A stretch of 32,000 nucleotides of DNA from Candidatus Baldrarchaeum yapensis. Lineage in GTDB: Archaea; Asgardarchaeota; Baldrarchaeia; Baldrarchaeales; Baldrarchaeaceae. The notes below the pieces were generated by a model. That model was given only the letters and a program-made list of their open reading frames with translations, was not told the origin of the DNA and ran no database searches. Positions 1 to 8,403 of the stretch are shown piece after piece (within the stretch, counting starts at the first letter, position 1; every line of letters begins with the position of its first letter). The DNA lies in NCBI GenBank assembly GCA_016840465.1, contig JAEOSH010000003.1:30001-62000 (forward strand), given 5' to 3'. The position numbers and the translations under genes were made by a program.

Positions 1-145
1 CCTCCTCTAAAAGCTTTATTTTATTATTTGTCTCCTCGAGTCTCTGCTTTAACTTTGAGATCTCTAATTTCTGTTCCTCTATTATCCTATTTTTCTCCTC
101 TAGTAGACGCTTCACCTTTTGTAAGAGAGAAGCGCTGGTGCTCAT
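1..145 (-). CDS. Coiled-coil protein, N-terminal part only (runs off window start)
   Basis: Manual translation from ATG at 145: MSTSASLLQKVKRLLEEKNRIIEEQKLEISKLKQRLEETNNKIKLLEE, open to the edge. GGAGTGA SD-like motif upstream; lies directly downstream of the Nudix gene. Not in the ORF track. Confidence 0.7.
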   Translation of the reverse strand, partial: MSTSASLLQKVKRLLEEKNRIIEEQKLEISKLKQRLEETNNKIKLLEE

Positions 146-150
146 CTCAA

Positions 151-588
151 TCACTCACTCCTTAAAAGATGTAGCTTCTTAAATAATTTTTCGCAGGAAC
201 TTGTCAGGGCGTAATTTCTTAACTCCTTAATATCGACCCATCTTGCATCATCTGCATCTGTGGACGGTGATAATTCCCCACCTTTATAGTCGGCGAGGAA
301 GTCTATTATGACATAATGATACTTCACGTTGCCATCCTTATCGCGTATAATAACATCTATGGCATCGATAACTTCTCTCGGCTCTATAAAAATTCCCGTT
401 TCCTCAAATATCTCGCGCCTCACGGCATCCCTTAATGTCTCACCGAGTTCAACAACCCCGCCCGGAACACTCCACTTCCCCTTTCCCGGATCGTATTTCC
501 TCTTTATCAGTAGGACCTTGTTATCTTTAAACACTACAGCTGCAACGCTCACTATGGGCATTCTCGGGTACTCGCGCCTCTCGGTCAT
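151..588 (-). CDS. Nudix hydrolase (ADP-ribose pyrophosphatase-like)
   Basis: Nudix box GGVVELGETLRDAVRREIFEETGI. ATG at 588 (MTERREYP) preferred over the track start at 615. Confidence 0.9.
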   Translation of the reverse strand: MTERREYPRMPIVSVAAVVFKDNKVLLIKRKYDPGKGKWSVPGGVVELGETLRDAVRREIFEETGIFIEPREVIDAIDVIIRDKDGNVKYHYVIIDFLADYKGGELSPSTDADDARWVDIKELRNYALTSSCEKLFKKLHLLRSE

Positions 589-812
589 TGGTAGTACCCT
601 AACAGTAATTTTCACCGTAAACCTACATCTAGAACGCTTTAAAAGTTTAGATGGCGTTCATAACCTACAATCCCCCTCGTTAGTATTGAAATCCCAAAAC
701 CTCTGATGAAATCTCTACAGAATCGCTGGAGAACGCATAATTAGATGTTGAAAATCACACTAAGACCCACACTTATATGAACATTTGTTACAATCTTATG
801 TAATTATGTAGT

Positions 813-1322
813 TTGAGGAATCAAGTGGGGTGTGTTGAGATATTCAAGGTTACTGTACGTGGAACTGATTTAAAATTCTCAGCGGCGCACTTCCTAATAG
901 GGGAAAACGTGAAAGAGGGAATACACGGCCACAATTATGAGGTCGAGGTCTCAGTATGGGGGGCATTAAACGCTGATTACATGGTTGTAGATTTTAGGAA
1001 ACTAAGGGATCTCGTTAAAGAGATTTGCAAATCCATCGATCATAAGGTAATAATCCCAAAAAATAATGGCTGTCTGAAAGTAAGTACAAATGGCGATAAG
1101 GTCGAGGTGAGGACAGAAACTTCCACATATGTCTTTCCGAGGGACGACGTGGCGTTTCTCCCAATAGAGGCGAGCACCGCCGAACTTCTTGCAAAATACT
1201 TATGCGACAAAATAATCGAGAATCTGCTGGAACATCATGACAACATCTATGGAGTTGAGGTCAAAATATACGAGCATGCCGGTAGCTGTGCAACATATAC
1301 ACGGAAAATCCGTGGTGAGTAA
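813..1322 (+). CDS. 6-pyruvoyl-tetrahydropterin synthase family (COG0720, T-fold) with PTPS-III-like signature
   Basis: FSAAH, E-G-I-H-G-H-N-Y, DH and TAELLA motifs. The true start may be GTG at 825. Confidence 0.88.
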   Translation: MRNQVGCVEIFKVTVRGTDLKFSAAHFLIGENVKEGIHGHNYEVEVSVWGALNADYMVVDFRKLRDLVKEICKSIDHKVIIPKNNGCLKVSTNGDKVEVRTETSTYVFPRDDVAFLPIEASTAELLAKYLCDKIIENLLEHHDNIYGVEVKIYEHAGSCATYTRKIRGE

Positions 1323-1809
1323 GCTGGGACGTGGAGTTTACACTTTAGTTATCAGGGTTAAACGTCAATTAAGGAAGAAAATAGGAAAATTTGGCGAGTA
1401 TGTATTCCCACCAGGCCTGTACGTCTACATCGGATCTGCAATGGGGGAGGGGTCTACAAGTCTAGAAAACCGGTTAAAAAGACATTTTTCGAGAAATAAG
1501 AGGTTAAAATGGCATATAGACTACTTATTGTGCGATCCGAGCGTTGAACTTGTAGGAGCAATCTATGCGTTATCGGAGCGAAGACTGGAATGCGAATTAT
1601 CAAAAACAATTGCACAACATCCCGCATCGAGAGTTATTGTCAGGGGATTTGGCTCGTCGGATTGTACAAGCGGATGCCCCTCTCATTTGTATAAAATCGA
1701 ATTGGAGATACACGATCTCCTTAAGATGTTATTTAAGTGTTTCACAAGTGTCGATGTAGAGCCTCATTGGATTGGCGCTAAAAACCATAAAACCTTCGTA
1801 AAGGAGTGA
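1315..1809 (+). CDS. DUF123 GIY-YIG (Uri) superfamily endonuclease
   Basis: GVYTL...GLYVYIGSA, RLKRH, WHIDYLL, GFGSSDC..GCPSHL. GTG at 1315 overlaps the upstream stop; the track start at 1237 is probably too early. Confidence 0.85.
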   Translation: MSKLGRGVYTLVIRVKRQLRKKIGKFGEYVFPPGLYVYIGSAMGEGSTSLENRLKRHFSRNKRLKWHIDYLLCDPSVELVGAIYALSERRLECELSKTIAQHPASRVIVRGFGSSDCTSGCPSHLYKIELEIHDLLKMLFKCFTSVDVEPHWIGAKNHKTFVKE

Positions 1810-1875
1810 AACAAATTTATATCACAAATACGTGTTCATCTCTCTACTCAAGAACTTCAGGATCGGTGCTGGATT

Positions 1876-3033
1876 TTGAATAGGGTTTACATAATAGGCG
1901 TCGGAATGACAAGAGTCGGAAGACATTATGATAAAACGCTAAAGGTCTTAATATCCGATGCGGCTCTTGAAGCACTGAAGGACGCGGGCTTCCCAAAAAT
2001 AGATGCGATTTATTTCTCAAACGCGTACGCGGGAATCGTGGATCATCAGGAAAACATAGCACCTCTCATCGCGGACAGCCTGGGTTGTCACGGGATTCCT
2101 GCGGTGAGAATAGAATGCTCATGTAGTAGTGGAGGAGTTGCAGTTCATGAGGGCTTTAAGGCCATAGCATCCGGAATACACGACGTAGTTCTGGTCATCG
2201 GTGCAGAAAAACTTTCAGATCTCGATCAATGTAGCACGACTAGTACTCTGACATCGAGTGAAGATGTAAGCTACGAAAGCTTCCAAGGTCTCACGATACC
2301 CGGAGCATATGCACTAATGACCCGCCAATACATGCAAACATTCCAAGTATCGGAGGAAGATCTTGCAATATGGCCCGTGCTCATGCATGAACACGCGTAC
2401 CATAATCCCTATGCACAAATAAGGCGTAGAATTACCGTTAGAGACGTAATCGAGAGCAATCCGGTTGCAGACCCGATAAAATTATTAGATTGCTTCTCGG
2501 CCGGTGATGGCGCCGCCGCTATAGTAATGGCAAGTGAAAAAATAGCCAAGGGGGTACGCGACAGGGCAGTTGAAGTAATAGGGATAGGAGCCGCAACTTC
2601 TGCTCTACATATGCATGAGAGGCCGGATCTCACGCGCCTTCAAGGAACCGTGGATGCAGCAAGGCAGGCGTACACGATGGCAAAGTTGACACCTAAGGAC
2701 ATCCAAGTTATAGAGCTACATGATGCATTCACCATCACTGGTATAATCTCCCTCGAAGATCTGGGGATCGTCGGGAAAGGGGAGGGTGTGAAGTTTGTTG
2801 CCGAGGGTATGACATCGAAGGACGGAAAAGTGCCGACAAATTTGAGCGGTGGGCTCAAGGCGCGCGGTCACCCGGTCGGTGCAACTGGGATTTATCAAAC
2901 CGCAGAGGTCGCTCTACAACTCAGGGGAGAATTTCCGGGATTACAAGCACAAAATGACCCAGAGGTGGGTCTCGTACATAATGTTAGCGGAACTGGTGCT
3001 CTCACAACAGTCACCATTTTAAGGAAACAGTAG
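1876..3033 (+). CDS. Archaeal thiolase (acetyl-CoA C-acetyltransferase family)
   Basis: ECSCSSGG (catalytic Cys region), ELHDAFT, SGGLKARGHPVGATG. Confidence 0.9.
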   Translation: MNRVYIIGVGMTRVGRHYDKTLKVLISDAALEALKDAGFPKIDAIYFSNAYAGIVDHQENIAPLIADSLGCHGIPAVRIECSCSSGGVAVHEGFKAIASGIHDVVLVIGAEKLSDLDQCSTTSTLTSSEDVSYESFQGLTIPGAYALMTRQYMQTFQVSEEDLAIWPVLMHEHAYHNPYAQIRRRITVRDVIESNPVADPIKLLDCFSAGDGAAAIVMASEKIAKGVRDRAVEVIGIGAATSALHMHERPDLTRLQGTVDAARQAYTMAKLTPKDIQVIELHDAFTITGIISLEDLGIVGKGEGVKFVAEGMTSKDGKVPTNLSGGLKARGHPVGATGIYQTAEVALQLRGEFPGLQAQNDPEVGLVHNVSGTGALTTVTILRKQ

Positions 3034-3081
3034 AATCACCATACTGATACGAATCACCAACAACACAGCGGAAGTGGTAGG

Positions 3082-3969
3082 TTGTCCGAGGAGAAGTTCT
3101 TACTCTATCTTAGGAAATGGATTGAGCATAACGTCGAACATAACAGAAAACACCTGGAGGAACTCAGAAAACTTCTGCAAAGAGTGAGAGAACATAACCT
3201 CAGAGAAGTGGAAGCGGAGTTGAGCGCAAGTGAGATGTTCATGGAAAAAGTTATTAAAAGCTTGGAAGAGGCGCTAAAGAGGCTAACAAGAGAACGGAGT
3301 GAAGTCGTCACCGCACATGAAGAACAAATGCTCGATCTGGAAGTTGAGATCGATATTCTTGAAATAAACAGAAGACTCGCAGATGAGAATAGACGAATAT
3401 TTGACGAACATGGTATAAAGGTTATAGATGTGAGAGGTGCCATTGGTAGTGGGAAAACATCACTAATAGAGGCAATTATTGATAAGTTGAAGGGGAAATG
3501 TCGAATAGGCGTGATAGCGGGTGATGTGACAACTACAATAGATGCCGATAGAATAAGGCGTCACGGCGTGGACAGTATATGTGTAAATACGGGAAAGGAA
3601 TGCCATTTGGATGCTCTACTGATAAGAAAGGCAATATCTAAAATGAATCTGCCAAATTACGATGTGATATTCATAGAAAACGTTGGAAATCTGATATGTC
3701 CGGCCGATTACCCCCTAGGGGCTCACCTGCACGTTGTTGTGGTCAGCGTGACCGAAGGATCAGATATGATCCTCAAGCACCCTCTGATATTCAAAGATGC
3801 AGATGTGATAGTGATTAATAAGACGGATCTCGCGGAAGAAATGAATGTGGATGTAAATAAACTCGTAAAGGACGCAAGAAGAGCAAACCCCAAGGCGAAA
3901 ATAGTAACTACAAGTGTAAAGACTGGAAGAGGAATAGAGGAATTGATAAAGGCACTTGGCTTGTCTTAA
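3082..3969 (+). CDS. hypB: Hydrogenase nickel-incorporation GTPase HypB with extra N-terminal helical domain
   Basis: GAIGSGKT (G1), GKECHLDA (metal site), ENVGNLICPA, NKTD (G4). About 75 extra residues precede the usual archaeal HypB start. Confidence 0.9.
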   Translation: MSEEKFLLYLRKWIEHNVEHNRKHLEELRKLLQRVREHNLREVEAELSASEMFMEKVIKSLEEALKRLTRERSEVVTAHEEQMLDLEVEIDILEINRRLADENRRIFDEHGIKVIDVRGAIGSGKTSLIEAIIDKLKGKCRIGVIAGDVTTTIDADRIRRHGVDSICVNTGKECHLDALLIRKAISKMNLPNYDVIFIENVGNLICPADYPLGAHLHVVVVSVTEGSDMILKHPLIFKDADVIVINKTDLAEEMNVDVNKLVKDARRANPKAKIVTTSVKTGRGIEELIKALGLS

Positions 3970-4781
3970 TCCGATATCTTCGCTATCGGTGGTAACTGCC
4001 GTTTGTGTTCACTGCTCTCAATCATACGTTTTACGTGAAGCACTCGTTCTAACGGTATTGATAGATCTTCCGCAACCTCTTCGGGACTCATGCCTAAATC
4101 GACAAGACCATGCAATATTAGATCTAGTAAATCATACGTTATCCCAAGTTCACCCTCATCGGTCTGTCCCGCCCATAAACCAGCCGTTGGCACCTTCTTT
4201 ATTATTCTCTCCGGTATACCAAGGTACCGCGCCAGCTGCCTCACCTGAGTTTTGTATAGATCGCCTATCGGCAGAAAATCCACTCCCCCGTCTCCATACT
4301 TGGTGAAATATCCGACTAAAAGTTCACTCTTGTTTCCAGTCCCTGCAACAACACCATTTAACCTGTTAGCATGGTAATACAGCGTGATCATACGGATACG
4401 TGCCATGACATTGCCTAATGAGATTCTGTCACTTTCGTCAAAGTGCCCACACTTGGAGAATACCTCCTTAAACGTGTCCACAATGGGAGTTATTTCGATA
4501 ACTTCGAGATCTATCCCAAGCATTTTCGCCACACTGGAGGCATCCTCGTAATCCTCTTTCTTCGTGACATTCGTCGGTAGAAAAAGTGCATGAATTTTTT
4601 CGGGCCCAACCGCTCTGCTACAAAGACACACCACTACCGAACTGTCGATACCACCGCTCATCCCTATAACTATCACTGATGCTCCAGATCTCTCGAAGAT
4701 CTCCTTAATGAATCCTTCTATCCTTTTAGACACCTTCTCGGGGTCTATGCGCAACGACTCCGGCGTAAGTCTTCGCCCCAC
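3966..4781 (-). CDS. nadE: NH3-dependent NAD+ synthetase
   Basis: SGGIDS, NVMARIRM, GTGNKSE..VGYFTKYGDGG, PTAGLW.GQTDE. GGAGGTGA SD supports GTG at 4781. Confidence 0.95.
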   Translation of the reverse strand: MGRRLTPESLRIDPEKVSKRIEGFIKEIFERSGASVIVIGMSGGIDSSVVVCLCSRAVGPEKIHALFLPTNVTKKEDYEDASSVAKMLGIDLEVIEITPIVDTFKEVFSKCGHFDESDRISLGNVMARIRMITLYYHANRLNGVVAGTGNKSELLVGYFTKYGDGGVDFLPIGDLYKTQVRQLARYLGIPERIIKKVPTAGLWAGQTDEGELGITYDLLDLILHGLVDLGMSPEEVAEDLSIPLERVLHVKRMIESSEHKRQLPPIAKISD

Positions 4782-4900
4782 ATTATCACCTCCTCTGAGG
4801 ATTGTCATTTCACACCTTTTAAAATGATACGGAAAAGTTCACATTTTACAGGTTTTTCATTAAACATCTTTCGAAAAATAGCTTAAAATTCGTACATTTT

Positions 4901-4914
4901 TCAATTATAATTGA
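4901..4914. promoter_or_regulatory. Perfect 14-bp palindrome TCAATTATAATTGA in the nadE/GTPBP divergent promoter region
   Basis: Direct reading; its centre is also TATA-like. Function inferred. Confidence 0.4.
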
Positions 4915-5020
4915 GAATTTCGAACGATTACCGCACACTAATCGGCGGGACAATACAAGCTTCTCACTCAACCTAAAAATTATTAGGTCCGTTGCCGTAA
5001 CCTTAGCCAAAGATGAACCC

Positions 5021-6703
5021 GTGGAGCGTTATGACGTAATGTCGGAAAGAGAAAAAGAGTTGATTGAGAGAATAGTGGAGATGGGGGAGACTCACAATGT
5101 TGAAATAAAGAGGATGCTCTACGAGAAAGACCTTAAGCTGGCAGGCCGCAAAGAAAAACTCATTGCGCAACTTAAGTACATTACAAGCGATGGACCTGGG
5201 GTTTTCATAATAGGGTTGGAAGACATTGATGGAAAGCGCTGGGAAGTTTATGGTCTGAGCAGAAGTCAGCTCGAGAGCAGTGAAAGAATTCTTAAAGCAT
5301 TATGCGAGGAGGCGGGAATAAGAATAGTGGAGGAGGAAATATTCGAAACGGAATACGGTTATGTCGGAAAGTATGTCCTTGAAAGGGCGCCGTTGCAAGG
5401 AGTTCAAATATCAATAGGGATAAATGTCGTCGGACGGGTGAACGCAGGCAAATCGACGCTGATAGGGGTCATGGTTACTGGTAAGCTTGACAACGGTAAA
5501 GGGAAGGCAAGAGCCTTTTTGTTGAAGCATCCCCAAGAACTAAAGAAAGGGCAGACAGCGGATCTTCATCAGGCGGTTTTAGGTATCGATGATGACAACA
5601 AACCGATATTTTTAGAGTCACCGTTAAACAAGGAGGAGCTGGCGCTTGCTCTCGACAGATCAAGAAAAATAATAATATTTCACGACGCACCGGGACACGC
5701 GGAATATGCAAAAACGATGATAAGATCCGTCCTAGGACAAGACGCGCAGTACGGACTTGTCCTCATACCAGCAAATGACGAATATAAAATAATAGTGTCG
5801 GAAGAGATGAGAACGGGACGCCCGAGGCTCGATGAGATAACAAGGGAGCACATGCTACTCTTGATAAACCAGGGATTGCCGTTCATGGTCGCAATTTCGA
5901 AAATAGATACTGTGTCGAGAGAAGCCCTCCTTAAGGTCATGACGATAGTCAAAAAGACGCTGAAGGATATAGGAAAAGTTCCCCTCGTCGTACGTACCCT
6001 CCAAGATGTAAATATAGCGGCACGGGAACTGCCGCACGGCTCCATCGTTCCAATATTCCAAATATCGACAACCACGGGCATTGGTATAAACCTCCTCAGA
6101 GAGTTGATAACCAAACTGCCGCCAACAGTGTCCGATGACCTCCTCTCAAAGCCGGCTCTCGCCTATATAGACAAAGTGTATAGGGGAATATCCGGTACGA
6201 ACGTCGTGGTGACCGGAACGGTTCGGTCAGGCGTGTTCAAACCTGGGCAGACGGTAATAGTGGGACCCGACGAGAATGGAGAATTCCTTGAAGCAAGAAT
6301 AGCAACGATCGAGATATTCAAGAAGAGAGTGGAACGTGTAAAGGCGGGCGACGCTTTCGGAATAGATTTGAAAAAGATCGATCCTAAGATCGTAAGACGA
6401 GGACAGGTGATCGCAGATCCCGATTTCCCCGTAAAGGCAGTAAGAACTCTTGAAGCGAATATAGTCGTGACCAGACATCCGACAAGGATAGTAGAGGGAT
6501 ACTCCCCCGTATTGCACTGTCATACTGTTTCTCAGACTGTCATTTTCGAGAAAATATACGGAAAAAGATACCTTGTTGTTGGAGATTTTGCAAGGGTGAG
6601 AATGAGGTTTAAATTCCGCCCAGAAATGGTACTTGAGGGAGATAAAATAGTAACCCGTGAGAGCAACACCAGAACGATAGGAACAATCATAGCCGTTCAC
6701 TAA
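5021..6703 (+). CDS. Translational GTPase of the GTPBP1/2 family (archaeal GTPBP)
   Basis: GTPBP-type N-terminal domain (HNVEIK...LIAQLKY...GVFIIGLED), G1 GRVNAGKST, G3 DAPGH, G4 SKID, EF-Tu-like beta-barrel domains II/III. Confidence 0.85.
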   Translation: MERYDVMSEREKELIERIVEMGETHNVEIKRMLYEKDLKLAGRKEKLIAQLKYITSDGPGVFIIGLEDIDGKRWEVYGLSRSQLESSERILKALCEEAGIRIVEEEIFETEYGYVGKYVLERAPLQGVQISIGINVVGRVNAGKSTLIGVMVTGKLDNGKGKARAFLLKHPQELKKGQTADLHQAVLGIDDDNKPIFLESPLNKEELALALDRSRKIIIFHDAPGHAEYAKTMIRSVLGQDAQYGLVLIPANDEYKIIVSEEMRTGRPRLDEITREHMLLLINQGLPFMVAISKIDTVSREALLKVMTIVKKTLKDIGKVPLVVRTLQDVNIAARELPHGSIVPIFQISTTTGIGINLLRELITKLPPTVSDDLLSKPALAYIDKVYRGISGTNVVVTGTVRSGVFKPGQTVIVGPDENGEFLEARIATIEIFKKRVERVKAGDAFGIDLKKIDPKIVRRGQVIADPDFPVKAVRTLEANIVVTRHPTRIVEGYSPVLHCHTVSQTVIFEKIYGKRYLVVGDFARVRMRFKFRPEMVLEGDKIVTRESNTRTIGTIIAVH

Positions 6704-6781
6704 TGATACTATGCTCGTGCTACATCTCTTTATAATCCATCCCGCCGATCTCTTAATGCAGCATGTATCGGAGGGTAGTTC

Positions 6782-8347
6782 TTGGACGTAAAGCAGTACT
6801 TGGAAGTACTAAAGCAGGATCCCATGCCCTTCAAAAGTTTCGTCTCACGAGGAGATGTTCCCGATGAAATAGACATTCCAGAGCCAAGAATGGACGCAGA
6901 AGAGATGGTTAACGACGCGATTCTCATGGTAAAAATGACTAGGATTCCAAGAATAGTTCCGGTAATAGGAGATGCGGGAATGGGAAAAACACACTTCTTC
7001 TGGGCACTTAAGAAGAGGGAGGAGGAAAATAATACTCTTATCGTGTATGTACCGAGCCCACCGAACCCTGCAAAAGTGTTTTTGCACTTTTACACGTGCC
7101 TAATGGACGAATGCGGCCCTTACCTCATCCAATGTGCATCAAAAAGAATCCTAAATCAAGTGGGCAACACGAATGGAGAACTGAGCGATATGCTTGCGGC
7201 CTTAGCACGAAAATACCCAGGAGTGTACGCGGATGTTGCAAAAGCCATCTTACTTTACACATTAGATGAAAAACTCAAAAGCCTCGCGGAAAGGTGGCTC
7301 TATGGTGAAACTCTGAGCGAGGAGGACATGGAAGCGCTGGGAATAAGAAGACCAATTGAAGAGGAGGACATATGCTTTGCCGCACTGAAAATGCTCATAG
7401 AAAACTGCGACAAGGTCGTCCTACTCTACTTAGATGAGATTGAAAGCCCACTCGTGAACTGGGGAGAGGACGCAGAACGGAAGTTCCTTGATGCAATAAA
7501 AAGAATATACAACGAAGTCGGTGGCGTATGTTTCGTGATCACAGCCCTCCCGTCCACATGGAAGAAAATCACACAAATAATGGACTCAACACTGTTAAGT
7601 AGAATGGATGAGCCTGCACGGCTCAGAAAATTCTCCATGGAAAACATAAAAGAACTCTACAAGAAGGCGATGCTTAAATACTGGGAACAGAAAGGTATAA
7701 CCCCACCGGATGATGAATACTTCCCGCTCTCGGAAGAAGAACTGGAAGAGATCTATGAAAGGAGTGGTGGGAATCCAAGAGAAGCCATAAAACTGATAAT
7801 GAGGAAAATAGTGCAAATTGCAACCGGAAGGTTGCCAATTGATACAACTCGCCGGGAAATCAGACTCACGCATGCCGCGCTTGCAGATGCTCTCTTCTTT
7901 GCAATAAAGAGCATAGCCGAGGAACTAGGGCTACAGGCAAAACTCGTAATGGCATATTCATTCAGCGTAGGAAGCAAGAAGCAACATGTGGATGCAATAC
8001 TAGAGGTAAGTGATACATCGAAATCCGTCAAAATAGGCTTGGAGATACCGAATGTGAGAAATTGGAACAGAAGCGGCGGTGTTGCAGCATATTATGCTCT
8101 CATAAGGTTAAAGAACGCAATATTAGCTGGCTTAGTAAGTAAAGGAATATTATTGGTCCCAAAGGGAACTTCAGGCGCAAAATACAGAAGGGAAGCCGAG
8201 GCCCTGAAAGACAAGGTGCTGATAATAGAAATCTCCGAAGATGACGCAAGAATACTTATCGAAATGGAACAAAGCAGGGTATTGACAAGAGAAAGGACAA
8301 GAATATTGGAGGAGATACGATCCTTTATCTCAAATGTCACGCGATAA
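6782..8347 (+). CDS. AAA+ ATPase, BrxD/DUF2791-like, with uncharacterised C-terminal alpha/beta domain
   Basis: Walker A GDAGMGKT, Walker B LLYLDEIE, LLSR, sensor-2-like GGNPREA, helical insert AERWLYGE...LGI. Own TTTATAAT box (~6729) and GGAGG SD. Confidence 0.75.
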   Translation: MDVKQYLEVLKQDPMPFKSFVSRGDVPDEIDIPEPRMDAEEMVNDAILMVKMTRIPRIVPVIGDAGMGKTHFFWALKKREEENNTLIVYVPSPPNPAKVFLHFYTCLMDECGPYLIQCASKRILNQVGNTNGELSDMLAALARKYPGVYADVAKAILLYTLDEKLKSLAERWLYGETLSEEDMEALGIRRPIEEEDICFAALKMLIENCDKVVLLYLDEIESPLVNWGEDAERKFLDAIKRIYNEVGGVCFVITALPSTWKKITQIMDSTLLSRMDEPARLRKFSMENIKELYKKAMLKYWEQKGITPPDDEYFPLSEEELEEIYERSGGNPREAIKLIMRKIVQIATGRLPIDTTRREIRLTHAALADALFFAIKSIAEELGLQAKLVMAYSFSVGSKKQHVDAILEVSDTSKSVKIGLEIPNVRNWNRSGGVAAYYALIRLKNAILAGLVSKGILLVPKGTSGAKYRREAEALKDKVLIIEISEDDARILIEMEQSRVLTRERTRILEEIRSFISNVTR

Positions 8348-8403
8348 TCAGACGCTGGAAACCCAAAAAATTGTAAAAAGGTGAAAAATTTAAGGCTCTA
8401 GAA

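Noticed and set aside
813-1322. queD gene symbol
   Set aside because: The catalytic Cys of the C-x3-HGH motif is absent and no que genes are adjacent.
5021-6703. SelB or EF-1alpha call for the translational GTPase
   Set aside because: It has the GTPBP1-type N-terminal domain and lacks a SelB C-terminal extension; no SECIS, sel genes or in-frame TGA seen.
6782-8347. BREX defence locus or Orc1/Cdc6 initiator
   Set aside because: No pglX, pglZ or brxHI nearby, and the C-terminus does not look like the Cdc6 winged helix.
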